Positions 1 through 11,335 are shown, numbered from the stretch's first letter. The stretch: 64,000 nucleotides of DNA from Candidatus Poribacteria bacterium (GCA_965215265.1 OZ244048.1:288001-352000), one strand, 5' to 3'. Notes: generated by a model not told the origin, from the sequence alone. Translations and numbers: made by a program.

Positions 1-390
1 CGTCAGTTCAGCTAAACTCTCTTCAATATCAAATTCATCATGCGGCCAGTGAATCATATAGATGTCAACATAATCGGTTTCTAACCGCTGCAAACTCCCT
101 TCACACCGCTCGCGTATACGTGCCGGATCCGGTGTACTAATCTTTGTACCGATGACAGCTTCATGCCGCCGCCCCTTCAGTGCAACGGCGAGCGCCTCTT
201 CGCTACGTCCGTTGTTGTAGCCCTCCGCTGTATCAAAGAAATTGATACCGGCATCCAATGCCGCATTCACAACAGCAGTGACATCCGACTGGGCCTGCGC
301 CCCCCAATAATCTCCACCGCCATAGGACCAGCAGCCGATGCCCATCGATGATATTTCAATCCCAGAACGTCCACATGTCCGTTTTTCCAT
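1..390 (-). CDS. Aldo/keto reductase, N-terminal part (runs off the window start)
   Basis: Manual translation from the ATG at 390: MEKRTCGRSGIEISSMGIGCWSYGG...GINFFDTAEGYNNGRSEE...IGTK...LETDYVDIYMIHWP, which carries the AKR motifs. Confidence 0.9.
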   Translation of the reverse strand, partial: MEKRTCGRSGIEISSMGIGCWSYGGGDYWGAQAQSDVTAVVNAALDAGINFFDTAEGYNNGRSEEALAVALKGRRHEAVIGTKISTPDPARIRERCEGSLQRLETDYVDIYMIHWPHDEFDIEESLAELT

Positions 391-391
391 T

Positions 392-1228
392 TTACAATTC
401 CTCGCAAAGTTCGGTAACCAACGCCGCATTTTCTCCAACCTGATCGCCAAATTCCTGATACATACCGAGCAACAGCACATCTACCGGTTTAATCCGTTCT
501 AAGGTGTACTTAACTTCTTCTCGAATTTGCGCGGAACTTCCGATGACGCGCCCCGCTGCAAGCACCTTAAAAACAAGGCACGGTTTATCCGTTCTCTGTA
601 TCGCCTTACACATTGCATCTCTATCTTCTCGTGCGTAAATCTCCCCCAATGGGGCGTACCCGAACTTATCCGTAAATTTTTGACTACCACCGTGGAGGTT
701 ATATAGCCCCGTCATGTAATAGTCTATATCCCACGCCTCATCCTCTGCAATGTGCAGCAGCCTCGGGTCATGCACAGATAATCCTGCCAGCACACCTGTA
801 TCGCGGATCCGCTTGAGGATATCCTGTAACAGATCCAGTCTATTCTCGCGCAGGCACCTATGCCCAACGCCGCCCCCGTGCGGTGCCATCCCGAACGGCG
901 CGTGTTTCGCTGCCTCGAACACTAAGTCCGGCTCCTCATACCATGCCGAACCCGGACTCAGACAGAACCAATTCATCGCCCCGCCCTCTGCCCTATACTT
1001 CATCAAATCAGAGAGTGAGCGGGCCGTCAAACTGTTCTGCCACCCGTTAATACCGACCTCCTCTGCACGTTTCAGTGTCGCGACGACCCGCTCCGGTGTA
1101 TGATACGCCTGCTGGTGCTGCGAGAGGAGTTGATTAAAGTGCGAATAACCGTAAATCGGATTATCCCCGATGATCAACTTGCTAATCTGATGCTTACAAA
1201 ACGAAACCTTAGGTAAAACTTGTGCCAT
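392..1228 (-). CDS. Hypothetical protein with a probable aldo/keto-reductase-like fold
   Basis: 278-aa ORF with ISKLIIGDNP...YSHF and CLVFKVLAAGR; abuts the AKR gene. Confidence 0.6.
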   Translation of the reverse strand: MAQVLPKVSFCKHQISKLIIGDNPIYGYSHFNQLLSQHQQAYHTPERVVATLKRAEEVGINGWQNSLTARSLSDLMKYRAEGGAMNWFCLSPGSAWYEEPDLVFEAAKHAPFGMAPHGGGVGHRCLRENRLDLLQDILKRIRDTGVLAGLSVHDPRLLHIAEDEAWDIDYYMTGLYNLHGGSQKFTDKFGYAPLGEIYAREDRDAMCKAIQRTDKPCLVFKVLAAGRVIGSSAQIREEVKYTLERIKPVDVLLLGMYQEFGDQVGENAALVTELCEEL

Positions 1229-1240
1229 TTTGATTCTCCT

Positions 1241-2314
1241 CTACACAGAAAAAAAACCTTCAACCACAGAGGCATCAATTTCCTCAACCAGATACCGGAT
1301 TAAGTCCAAAGTGGCAACGTAATCATCAATATTGATGATAGAGACATGGCTATGGGCATAGCGCACGGGTACACCGAGAACAATTGAAGGCACACCTGCA
1401 CCCACTTGGTGAATCGCACCGCCGTCCGTACCACCAGAATGGCGGACAGCAATCTGATGCGGAATGTCATACCGCCTCGCTGTTTCAATCACAAATTCTC
1501 CCAACTTTGGATTCACAATGAGTGAAGGGTCATACAACCGAATTTGTACCCCGCCACCCAGCTTCCCCTGGACCTCCTCGCCGTTTAATCCAGGCGTATC
1601 ATCTGCAGGCGGTCCTTCAAGCACAATCGCAACGTCAGGATTCACATGCTGTGCCACCGTCTTAGCACCGCGCAACCCAACTTCTTCCTGCACACTCCCT
1701 GCACCAACAACGGTATTCGGATGCACTTTCAGCCCCAAAAGCGTCTCAATTACCAAGGCAACACCGACGCGATTATCAAACGCTTTTGCAGCGAAAAACT
1801 TGCTATTTTTCAGAGAGAGAAAGGGACCGTAGGGCGCAATCGGGCACCCAGGCAGCACGCCGAATTCTTCCTCTGCCTGTTCTTTATTCTCCGCACCGAT
1901 GTCAATAAAAAGCGATTTCATCTCTACCACTTTGTCACGCGCGCCTGCCTCAAGTAGATGCGGCGGCACGGAACCGATAAACCCAGGCACTTTACCTACC
2001 TTCGTTGAAATCGTGACGCGCTGCGCTAATAGTGTGTGTGCCCACCAAAACCCCAAAGGTAAAAACTTAACGTAACCCGCATCCGTAACCCGCTGCACGA
2101 TAAACCCTACCTCGTCTAAATGCGAATCGAGCAAGATACGTGGGTATTCCGCACTACCAACGCACGTACAAAATATACTCCCGAGCCTATCTGTACCGAG
2201 TGTCCCAGTCCCTATCAATTCCGAGCGAAAAATCGCATGCACCGCTGCTTCGTGTCCGGGGACACCATCCGCCTGCGTCAGTACTTCAAGCAGCTCAACT
2301 GATTTCTGATTCAT
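1241..2314 (-). CDS. M42 family metallo-aminopeptidase
   Basis: Motifs DSHLDEVG, KAFDNRVG, QEEVGLRGA, GGTDGG and RYAHS; probable start MNQKS at 2314. Confidence 0.92.
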   Translation of the reverse strand: MNQKSVELLEVLTQADGVPGHEAAVHAIFRSELIGTGTLGTDRLGSIFCTCVGSAEYPRILLDSHLDEVGFIVQRVTDAGYVKFLPLGFWWAHTLLAQRVTISTKVGKVPGFIGSVPPHLLEAGARDKVVEMKSLFIDIGAENKEQAEEEFGVLPGCPIAPYGPFLSLKNSKFFAAKAFDNRVGVALVIETLLGLKVHPNTVVGAGSVQEEVGLRGAKTVAQHVNPDVAIVLEGPPADDTPGLNGEEVQGKLGGGVQIRLYDPSLIVNPKLGEFVIETARRYDIPHQIAVRHSGGTDGGAIHQVGAGVPSIVLGVPVRYAHSHVSIINIDDYVATLDLIRYLVEEIDASVVEGFFSV

Positions 2315-2512
2315 CCTTGCATTCCTTCCCACAATTGTGCTATAATTATACAACATTATAGCACGGTTCCGATTTTGCAACAATTTTTTTGGCCATTATC
2401 TGTATGGCACCCGGCATCAAAGTGAATATTAATCTAATCACCGCTGTAGTTATGAAACTACGAAAACTTAACGCTGCACTAGATAGCGTCGACGAATCAT
2501 AAAGTCACACCG

Positions 2513-4358
2513 ATGAAAACAGAGAAAATCCAAAGCATTGCCACCACCGCAAATGACGAACGCCTCCTCCAACTCAAGGCCCTCTTCCCTGAATGCGTGT
2601 CCGAAGGCGCATTTGATACCGAGAAACTTAACACTTTACTTAACAATTATCAAGGGGGGGGGGGTAGAGCAGAAACAAACCGATACCGCAGAGAGATATA
2701 ACTTCAATTGGGCAGGTAAGCGCGAAGCCATCCGAATCCTCAGCGCACCTACCCAGGCCACTTTAAAGCCAGCCACACAAGAATCCCTTCACTTTCGCGA
2801 CACCCCTAACCTCTTCATTGAAGGCGACAACCTCGAAGTCCTCAAACTCCTCTATAAACCGTATTTCGGACGCATCAAAGCCATCTACATTGACCCACCC
2901 TACAACACGGGCACAGACTTTGTCTACACCGATAACTACGCTAACCCGTTAGATACCTACCTCCAACTGTCAGGACAGAGCGATGCCGAGGGCAACCTAC
3001 TAACCAGCAATCCGGAGCGCAGCGGTCGTTATCATTCCGCGTGGCTCTCGATGATATATCCGCGCCTCTTTCTGGCGCGTCAGCTGCTAACGGATGACGG
3101 TATCATCTTCGTCAGTATTGATGACCATGAGGTACACAATCTCCGTCTTTTGATGAATGAAATTTTTGGCGAAGAGAATTGCCTGCAACAGCTAGTGTGG
3201 CAGCGGTATGCAAGTGGTAGTAATGATGCTAAATACTTCGCGCTTAATCATGAATATATCCTCACGTACTCGAAGAATCGGATTATGACAGGTCGGTTTA
3301 GATACCCTCTAAGTGAAAAAGAGAGAAAGGCATACAAACAGAGAGACGAACACTATACAGTGCGTGGTCCATATAAAACCGATGCTTTCACGAGAGGTCG
3401 CCCAGACAACCCATCTCCAGGGTTACAATATAAAATTAAATGTCCAGATGGTTCTTTTGTCTTCAATGAATGGAATCGAAAGGAATCACGGTTTCTTGAA
3501 ATGAAAAAGGAAAATAGAATCGTTTTTAGGAAGACGCAAAAAGGGAAATGGCTCGTAGAGTACAAACGTTACCTTAATGAATCTAGCGGTAGAGTTCCAC
3601 GAGGTTTGTTAACTCATGTTGAAAAAAATAGCAATGGCAGAGCACAGTTACGCGAACTTTTAAGTACGGATGGTATCTTCACTAATCCGAAGCCAGTGGG
3701 TTTAATCAAACACCTCCTCCAATTCAGTACGAACAAGGATGCCATTGTTTTAGATTTCTTTGCGGGTTCCTGCACGACGGCACAAGCAGTTATGGAACTC
3801 AATCAAGAAGACGGCGGCAATCGCCAATTCATCATGGTGCAGCTGCCTGAACGCACACCCCAAAAATCTGCCGCACGCAACGCCGGGTTTGAAGACATCG
3901 CACAAATCGGCAAGGAACGCATCCGCCGCGCCTGTCAAAATATGCTCACACCCACAGGCTTCCGCGTCTTCAAACTCGCAGCATCCAACTATCGAGAACA
4001 AGAGACGCTCCAAACCGACGATCCGCAAATCTATATCCAACAGTTGGAGAACACCGTGGAGCCCCTCCGCCCCGGTTGGCAGGAAGAGGATGTGCTCTAT
4101 GAAGTCGCACTCAAAGAGGGATACCCCCTCAACTGCACTTTTGAGCAGGTAGCAGGACTTGAGAGAAACCGTGTCGTTCGGGTTAGCACGCCGGGAGATG
4201 CGCAGTCGTTTCTCATCTGTTTAGATGCCGAACTCACACCTGCGGATATAGTTCGGCTGCCGCTTGAAAAAGAGACGGTGTTTGTCTGCCGAGATGTCGC
4301 GCTAACCGATACGCTTGCCGCCAATCTGGCACTACAATGCAGACTCAAGACAATCTAA
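2513..4358 (+). CDS. mod: Type III R-M methyltransferase Mod, frameshifted at a G11 tract (candidate phase-variable gene, OFF as assembled)
   Basis: The N-terminal ORF 2513-2701 (LKALFPECVSEG..FD.EKL) joins the frame containing ERYNFNWAGK, GDNLEVLKLL, IYIDPPYNTG, NPKP and DFFAGS if one G is removed. Confidence 0.9.
2654..2664 (+). repeat. Poly-G homopolymer (G11) in mod
   Basis: caa-GGGGGGGGGGG-tagagc; lies exactly at the frame switch. Confidence 0.95.
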
Positions 4359-4532
4359 CACACGGAATATGGAAAATGTTACACTTTTTGCTATTTTTTT
4401 TCTGCGAAAAATGACGTGTCCAATCGCCTCAAAACGCACACGGTGACTGATTTCTTAGCCGTTCCCACAACGAGCCGGTAATGTTACCAAAAGGTAACGT
4501 TTTACGAGCAGATACGAGAAAGAAGAGGAGAG

Positions 4533-7175
4533 ATGCAGTTTGAATTTGATGCCAATCAAGCTTACCAACGGGAGGCAATAGATGCGGTTATCAAGCTGTT
4601 TGAAGGGCAGCCCCGCGTTGAGGTTAGCCTTCAATTCGGCGGCGACACTCACGCTGCCGTTATACCAAACCGGCTTGACTTAGAACCAGAACAACTGAAC
4701 GCCAATCTTCAGCCGCTCATTGGCGATGCACTTGACGCTAATCTAACAGAATCCATGGAGTTTCCAAACTTCTCTGTAGAGATGGAAACCGGCACCGGGA
4801 AGACTTACATCTACTTACGCACCGCGCTGGAACTCTTTCAACATTACGGCATGCGGAAGTTTATTATTGTCGTGCCATCTGTCGCAATTCGTGAAGGCGT
4901 GGTGAAAACCCTTCAGATGACGGAGGCGCACTTCAAAAACTTATATCAGAACCTACCTTATTGTTACTATGCTTACGATTCTGCGAATCTCTCGCAAGTT
5001 CGGCAATTCGCACTCTCGGGGAGTGTGGAGTTCCTGGTGATGACGCTTGCCTCCTTCAACAAAGCGACTAACATCATTCAGCAACGCACCGACAGGCTGC
5101 AGGGCGACACCCCGATTCACCTCATTCAAGCGGCGCGCCCTATTCTCATCTTAGACGAGCCGCAGCACATGGAAAGCACCCTCAGCCTCAAATCGTTGGC
5201 AAACTTATCTCCGCTCTTCGCATTGCGCTACAGTGCCACACATCGGCACCTCTACAATTGCGTCTATCGCCTCACACCTTATGATGCCTATCGCCAAGGC
5301 TTAGTCAAACGGATAGAGGTAGCAGGTATTGAAGAGCGCGAAAACACAACTCGGGCGTTCATAGAAGTCAAGAGCATTCAGAGTCAGAAAACCCATGTGA
5401 CGGCGAAGCTCGCCGTTCATAAACTGCAGAAGAGCGGCACTGTCAAACGCACAACCCTCACTGTCAAAACAGGAGATGATTTGGGAGCCGTTCGCAAGAC
5501 AAATCTGCCGGAATATCGCGGCTACCGTGTCAATGAGATTGACTTGAGCTGGGAGTCTGTGCGCTTTGATAACGGTATAGAAATCAGAACGGGCGAATCA
5601 CACGGGGCAGATAACTCTGATATTTTTGAGGCGCAAATCCGGTATACAATAGAAGCGCACTTTCGAAAACAAGCGCGGCTCCGAGAACATAACATCAAGG
5701 TGCTATCGCTCTTCTTTATTGATAAGGTGGATAATTATGCCAGCGAAGCCGGTATCATTCGTCAGTTGTTTGAGAAATGTTTCAATGAGTTGAAACAAGC
5801 GGAGAGATTTGTGGCCTGGCGAGCGCTGCGTGCCGCGGATGTGCAAGCCGCCTATTTTGCCCAAAGCAGGAAGGGCGGAAAAGTCGTCTATGAAGATAGC
5901 AAAACCGGAGACGCACAGAAAGATGCCGAGGCGTATCAACTCATCATGAAAGACAAAGAGAGGCTGCTCTCATTTGATGAGCCGACTTGCTTCATCTTTT
6001 CGCACTCCGCACTGCGTGAAGGCTGGGATAGTCCGAACGTGTTTCAAATTTGCACGCTAAACCAGACTGTCTCCGAGATGAAAAAACGGCAGGAAATCGG
6101 GCGTGGTGTTCGGCTTGCGGTGAATCAGGCGGGTAAACGGATTCATGATGAGTCCATCAATGTGCTGAGCGTCATCGCGAACGAGAGTTATACAAGTTAT
6201 ATAGAGCAGCTGCAAAGTGAGGTGCGTGAGGAATTAGGGGATGTGGGGCATTCGTCCACACCGCAGAATGCACGAAAACGGGACACCGCACGCTTAGACA
6301 AAATGAAAGTGCTTACGCCTGAGTTTCAGACGTTGTGGGAACGGATAAAACATAAGACGCGATACCAGGTCGAGATTGAGACGGAGGCATTAGTTGGAGC
6401 CGTTGTCGCCGGCTTAGATGAAACAAAGATTTTAGCGCCTACCCTCAAAATTGGTAAAGGGAGCGTGGTGATTGATGAAGAAACGACGAGGTTTGAGGGG
6501 CGGCACAGTGGGGAGAGTCATTTTACCTATCAGTTATCGGGGCGTTCGGACGTTTTGAGTGACATAGCGCATCGGTTGGAGCATACCACGCCGCCGCTGC
6601 GGTTGACGCGTGCGACGCTGTTAGAAATCCTCAAGCGCACTGAACAGCAACGTGCGGCGATAGACAATCCCCCTGAATTCGTAAAGGTTGTGGTGCGGCT
6701 CATCAGAGAGAAGCTTAGAGAGCAGGTAATTGCGGGGATAAAATATGAGAAGATAGGCGAAGTTTACGAGATGTGCCAATTGGATTGCGAGTTGGAAAGT
6801 TGGGAGAAATATCTGGTGCCGGCGAAGCGTTGCGTCTATGATAAGGTGATATGTGATTCGGAGGTAGAACGCGAGTTTGTTAAGGGTTTAGAAAACCGGG
6901 ATGACATCCGGTGCTACCTCAAACTTCCGGCGTTCTTTACCGTTCCGACACCGATAGGTGCGTATAATCCGGATTGGGCGATAGTGAAAGAGGAGCGTGA
7001 CGCGCATGGTGAATCGATGGGTGAGACGCTGTACTTAGTGCGAGAGACGAAAGGCACAACGGATGTAGGGGAGCTTAGGCGGGGTGAGAGCGATAAAATC
7101 CGATGCGGCGAACGGCATTTCCGGGAAGCCCTGAACGTGGATTACCAAGTTGTCACCGCTGCGGAGGAGGTCTAA
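4533..7175 (+). CDS. res: Type III R-M restriction subunit Res (helicase/ATPase plus nuclease)
   Basis: Motifs EMETGTGKTY, ILDEPQH, ALREGWDSPNVFQIC, QEIGRGVRL and YNPDWA...VRETKG; directly downstream of mod. Confidence 0.93.
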   Translation: MQFEFDANQAYQREAIDAVIKLFEGQPRVEVSLQFGGDTHAAVIPNRLDLEPEQLNANLQPLIGDALDANLTESMEFPNFSVEMETGTGKTYIYLRTALELFQHYGMRKFIIVVPSVAIREGVVKTLQMTEAHFKNLYQNLPYCYYAYDSANLSQVRQFALSGSVEFLVMTLASFNKATNIIQQRTDRLQGDTPIHLIQAARPILILDEPQHMESTLSLKSLANLSPLFALRYSATHRHLYNCVYRLTPYDAYRQGLVKRIEVAGIEERENTTRAFIEVKSIQSQKTHVTAKLAVHKLQKSGTVKRTTLTVKTGDDLGAVRKTNLPEYRGYRVNEIDLSWESVRFDNGIEIRTGESHGADNSDIFEAQIRYTIEAHFRKQARLREHNIKVLSLFFIDKVDNYASEAGIIRQLFEKCFNELKQAERFVAWRALRAADVQAAYFAQSRKGGKVVYEDSKTGDAQKDAEAYQLIMKDKERLLSFDEPTCFIFSHSALREGWDSPNVFQICTLNQTVSEMKKRQEIGRGVRLAVNQAGKRIHDESINVLSVIANESYTSYIEQLQSEVREELGDVGHSSTPQNARKRDTARLDKMKVLTPEFQTLWERIKHKTRYQVEIETEALVGAVVAGLDETKILAPTLKIGKGSVVIDEETTRFEGRHSGESHFTYQLSGRSDVLSDIAHRLEHTTPPLRLTRATLLEILKRTEQQRAAIDNPPEFVKVVVRLIREKLREQVIAGIKYEKIGEVYEMCQLDCELESWEKYLVPAKRCVYDKVICDSEVEREFVKGLENRDDIRCYLKLPAFFTVPTPIGAYNPDWAIVKEERDAHGESMGETLYLVRETKGTTDVGELRRGESDKIRCGERHFREALNVDYQVVTAAEEV

Positions 7176-7598
7176 TCGGGGCCATCTGCTGGGCTAAATT
7201 GGGATGATAACTTCCTGACAAAAGGCATCTGCATCAAGTTACACTGAGTTTCTATGACTCCTAATGAAAACAACCTGTCAATACCTTGGAATCCTCATCG
7301 CGGGAATACTCCTATTTTTTCTGATGAAACCCTTCGTGCAAACACACAAATACCTAGAGGACATCTCCCTTCAGATTGTACTTTTTAAGAGGTTATGCAT
7401 ATAACTTTACGCAAGTATACCTAACAGAAGAAAATGATATGGACGATTCTTCGATTCCCTGAAGTTCATGTCAGATTATGCCCGTTTTTTGACAAAAAAA
7501 GTGGCTTTAAGATAGAATAGAAACGGTGGCTGCTCCGGCACTGAAAACTGAGATTTACAACGAAACTCACAGACTTATCTACGAAAAGGAGAGAAAAA

Positions 7599-8447
7599 AT
7601 GAGATACCGACAAATCCTTACCTGTCTCTTTTTGCTCGCTTTTATGCCGCTGAGTGCCAAAGCACTCCCGCCTCCGTCACCGGCTGGGGGAAACTATTTA
7701 GCCCTGGATGGGGTTGATGACTACGCCGTTTTAGATTTTGAAGCGTTCGGGCTGCTGTTACCGGAAGGGACAAACGAATTCACCATCGACGCATGGATAT
7801 ATCCTACCACACCGCCCGACCAGGACACAGCGGGAATAATATTCCATCAACAGGCGCGGACGCTCATTGTGAACGATGAATATCAACCGTGGCTAAATAA
7901 TCTAGCTAATGGGCTAAATATCAAGCCTCCGCAGGAGGACTTTATCTTGCTAATGAGTGCCTATATTGAGGGAAAATCTAGTCAGAGACGACTCCTTTTC
8001 CCGGTTCCGCTGGAGCCGAACCAATGGCACCACATCGCTTATCAGTCTAATGGACTTCAGACAACAATGATTGTCAATGATTTCGTAAAGACAATACAAC
8101 AAAATTTCCCTCTCGGACACGCTGCTTGGTTTCCGATTAAGGATTTTGTGCTTGGAGGGTTTGGAAAAAGAATTCGGATACCTGTTAAGGAAGTAAGGTT
8201 TTCTGATTTATTTGGGGGATATATTGATGAGGTCCGCATTCCTTACTTGTATCGGAAGTCGTATGGCAACTCGAACAGGATCTGGAGATGCTCCAAGAAC
8301 TCAAACAATATGCCCTGGAATCCGGAGAGGAAATTCTCTATAGAAGTCAAGTTCGCATTGAAGGTGGATACTAACAAAACGAGTTTTTGCGATTTTCAGT
8401 TTGGTAGCTTGCATAGCAGGCATCGGTCTTTATCTGAACCGCAGTGA
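7599..8447 (+). pseudogene. Secreted LamG/ConA-like protein, truncated near 8240 and joined to an unrelated gene end
   Basis: Signal peptide, LALDGVDDYA, FTIDAWIYP, NQWHHIA and GGYIDEVRI, followed by non-LamG sequence. Another frame at 8243-8374 reads like the C-terminus of a different protein. Confidence 0.65.
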
Positions 8448-8539
8448 TTCTGCTACGTCAAAAAAGGTGCATGCTGCAATAGATAACAAAAATCACAATA
8501 TCGAAAATCCTACCCCACGTCCGAAAAACGAGTCGAAGC

Positions 8540-11206
8540 TTATTCCTGAACGCTGCTATAATAGATTGCGTTGAAGAGCAGCTTAAACGTTCCGAAGGAT
8601 TGTCCGCGATGCTGTGGTTTAAACCCGAAAAGAATGACTCGTCCGTTTCCTAATGTTGTTTCCAATAGTGCGGTTTTCTGTCGGATGCGTTTTTCGCCTT
8701 CAAGCCATCCGCTCATGAGTGGGTTAAACTCCGGATAAGTAGCGACCGGGTTTGCACTGCCGGGTCTCGCGTCAAAGACTGGCCCGGATTTAAAGAAGAT
8801 TGCTGTTTCCGTATCCAGTCCATAACCGATAGGGTGTTCAGTATCTATCCGGACACGCAATAGGGAGCCGGGGCAGAAAAATTCATTAGCCTTTGTAGGG
8901 TTTGTCTGCTCTACTATATTGACGATGCCCTTCTCTTTTAACGCGAAGTATTTCAAAGGCAGTTGTGTGGCAAGATTTAAGCAGATAAGCGTGCCGCCTT
9001 GTTCCACGAATGTGCGTAAATTCGCGAGCCCCTCTGTGCCAATTCCCCCGGCATATTCTGGTGGTAATTTCCCCGGTGCGTGTCCATTAAGGATAGCGTT
9101 TGCACTCATATCAGGCAAAATTATGGTGTCGTAGCGCGCTGCCAAATTGCCTGCACGCATCTCTGCATTGGTGAGTGTGTGATAAGCGAACTGGTGCGTA
9201 TCCAAAACCCAACGCGTCCATCCTTCGTCCATGTTGGCGGTCCACGGTTTGTACAGTGCGATCCGCGGGCGTGAAAGTTGCCTGAAGGTCCGTTCAAAGG
9301 TGCTCTCCTCAATAGATGCATCGGCATAGATGTGAACGCCGTATTCCCCTGCGAGCGCTCGCATTTCTGCGGCTTTCTGTAAGGGTGGTTCTGCAGTGCG
9401 GATTAGAACGGTGCCACGGGGGAGTTTACGGTTCCCGTGTACCATGACTTCGCGTTGCGCCCAATAGAGCTGATATAGCGGTGTATTGTCTTCACGCGTT
9501 GCCTGCAACAGTCTATTGAGCAATATCGCTTCCCGATTTGACCTATTTTGAAAAAGATAGGAAGTCGGTTCGGGTACAAGTTTGAGTATCCCCTGGATGG
9601 TAGGTAGGGTGTCAACTTTTGTCAAATCAGCCTCAAACGGATGGACGACTTGCACTGTTCTAACTCCCATCTGCAAAGGTAGCGTCCATCCTGCGATGTC
9701 ATAGGGGCGTTCGTAGGGTGCTTCTGGTGCCGGTCGGCGTTCTGGGTATCTCTGTACCTCAAGTAGATCTTTAGCGTGTGCGCGGAAAGGTTGTGCCATC
9801 GAAACGACGTAGGTTCCATGAGGGTATTCCACACTATCAGCAGTAAAGGGAGCGTTTGCCTGATGGATTGTAACGCCGCCGCGTTGGAGGATATCTAACA
9901 TCTTGTGAGTGGTGTGCAGGTCGCGTTGTTGCGGTGGTATCAGGAAAGCCCGTGGTGGTTGCTGTTGTCCTTTCTGTATTGCTTGGAGTCCCATTTTGTA
10001 AAAGTTGGTTTTTAGTGTGACTCGATGTTCAGCGGCGAAGGCGAGGATTGAATGCGCGGCGGCAAGTTCATAGTTAACGATGTCTCTCAACCGCCACCAT
10101 CCGCCCGGCCAGGGTTCTGGAAAGTTGGTTCGGAGCGTATATTCATCCAATCCGCGTCGATATCCTTTTAAGGTCGGATGGGGTTGAAAGATCGGGGTTG
10201 CAATTTCGACGCGCGCTGCTTCTGTTAAGATTCCTACCATGTTGTGTCGATAGGGGACTGTACGAAATCCGCCATGCCACCATGTGTCATAAACAGCATT
10301 TGATAGTACGCCTGTGAAGCCTTGTGTGGTTAAATCGAAGGCGAGTTGTGCTCCAATTAAGGACAACGTTCTCTGTAACAGGGGTGGGATATTCGGATTG
10401 ACAGGTTCAAAATAGGGAGGGATCACGAACCGGGGGCCCCGATGACTCATCTCATGCACATCGTAAACAATCTCTGGGAACCATTCTTCATAAAGGACGC
10501 GCGTCAAGAGTTGCGTCTCGACTTGTGTCAGCATAAACCAATCCCGGTTATTATCATGCCCGGTATATTTCTGATAGAGCCATGGCAGTTCGGCACCTTC
10601 GTAAGGGGTTCCGACGGTCCGATTATACCAATCGACTACGATGTTTAATCCATCGGGATTCGCTGATGGGATCAACAGAATCAGCACGTTTTCAAGAATT
10701 GACATCGCTTCCGGGGTATCAACTGTGGCGAATTGGTGTACGAATTCCATCGCCATCTGCGAAGAGGCGATCTCAGTTGAGTGCAAATTGCAGTTAATCA
10801 GGACAACGGCCTTGCCTTCTTGACAGAGTGCGTCGAGTGCCTCTGTTTGACCTTGTTTGGGCTGTGCCAATTGCGATTGTATAGCTTGGTAGCGTTCAAG
10901 ATTCTCTAAGTTTTGGGGTTCAGAGATAAGCACCATCAGAAAATCGTTTCCTTCAGTAGTTTTCCCTAGCTGCACTATTTCTACCCGGGGAGAGTTGTCT
11001 GCGACGTGCCGTAAGTAGTTAGAGAGCGTATCCCAATCTGTGACTTGATAATCCGAACCGACCTTAAAGCCAAGTGTCCGTTCAGGGCTCATCAGTTGTG
11101 CAGTGGCGAGTGAAGTAGTGATGAAAAGCGAAAGGTGGAGCAAGGCATACAGTTGCCCCCACGGTGTCGCACTTGTGAGTTTATGCATGATGCTAAACAA
11201 TTTCAT
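8540..11206 (-). CDS. M14 family zinc carboxypeptidase-like protein, secreted
   Basis: Motifs NLHSTE, NPDG, HDNNRDW and DVHEM; C-terminal MDEGWTRWVL and GATase-like segment. Confidence 0.88.
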   Translation of the reverse strand: MKLFSIMHKLTSATPWGQLYALLHLSLFITTSLATAQLMSPERTLGFKVGSDYQVTDWDTLSNYLRHVADNSPRVEIVQLGKTTEGNDFLMVLISEPQNLENLERYQAIQSQLAQPKQGQTEALDALCQEGKAVVLINCNLHSTEIASSQMAMEFVHQFATVDTPEAMSILENVLILLIPSANPDGLNIVVDWYNRTVGTPYEGAELPWLYQKYTGHDNNRDWFMLTQVETQLLTRVLYEEWFPEIVYDVHEMSHRGPRFVIPPYFEPVNPNIPPLLQRTLSLIGAQLAFDLTTQGFTGVLSNAVYDTWWHGGFRTVPYRHNMVGILTEAARVEIATPIFQPHPTLKGYRRGLDEYTLRTNFPEPWPGGWWRLRDIVNYELAAAHSILAFAAEHRVTLKTNFYKMGLQAIQKGQQQPPRAFLIPPQQRDLHTTHKMLDILQRGGVTIHQANAPFTADSVEYPHGTYVVSMAQPFRAHAKDLLEVQRYPERRPAPEAPYERPYDIAGWTLPLQMGVRTVQVVHPFEADLTKVDTLPTIQGILKLVPEPTSYLFQNRSNREAILLNRLLQATREDNTPLYQLYWAQREVMVHGNRKLPRGTVLIRTAEPPLQKAAEMRALAGEYGVHIYADASIEESTFERTFRQLSRPRIALYKPWTANMDEGWTRWVLDTHQFAYHTLTNAEMRAGNLAARYDTIILPDMSANAILNGHAPGKLPPEYAGGIGTEGLANLRTFVEQGGTLICLNLATQLPLKYFALKEKGIVNIVEQTNPTKANEFFCPGSLLRVRIDTEHPIGYGLDTETAIFFKSGPVFDARPGSANPVATYPEFNPLMSGWLEGEKRIRQKTALLETTLGNGRVILFGFKPQHRGQSFGTFKLLFNAIYYSSVQE

Positions 11207-11335
11207 GAACAGTTCCTTTGGTTAATTTGTTTCAGGTTTTAGTAAAGTATAACAAAGAACCCTCAATGTGTCAACGTGTCAACTTTAGAGTAGGTATTGC
11301 GTGGCTTTCAATTTTTTAGCAGCCCTGATTAACGC

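Noticed and set aside
4359-4532. Possible third, inverted copy of the 55-bp repeat between mod and res
   Set aside because: Only a short partial match (ACACGGTGACTGA versus ACACAGTAGCTGA), which is not convincing by eye.
7264-7404. 46-aa ORF with a hydrophobic N-terminus (MKTTCQYLGILIAGILLFFLMKP...)
   Set aside because: It may be a signal-peptide remnant, but it is too short to support without homology evidence.
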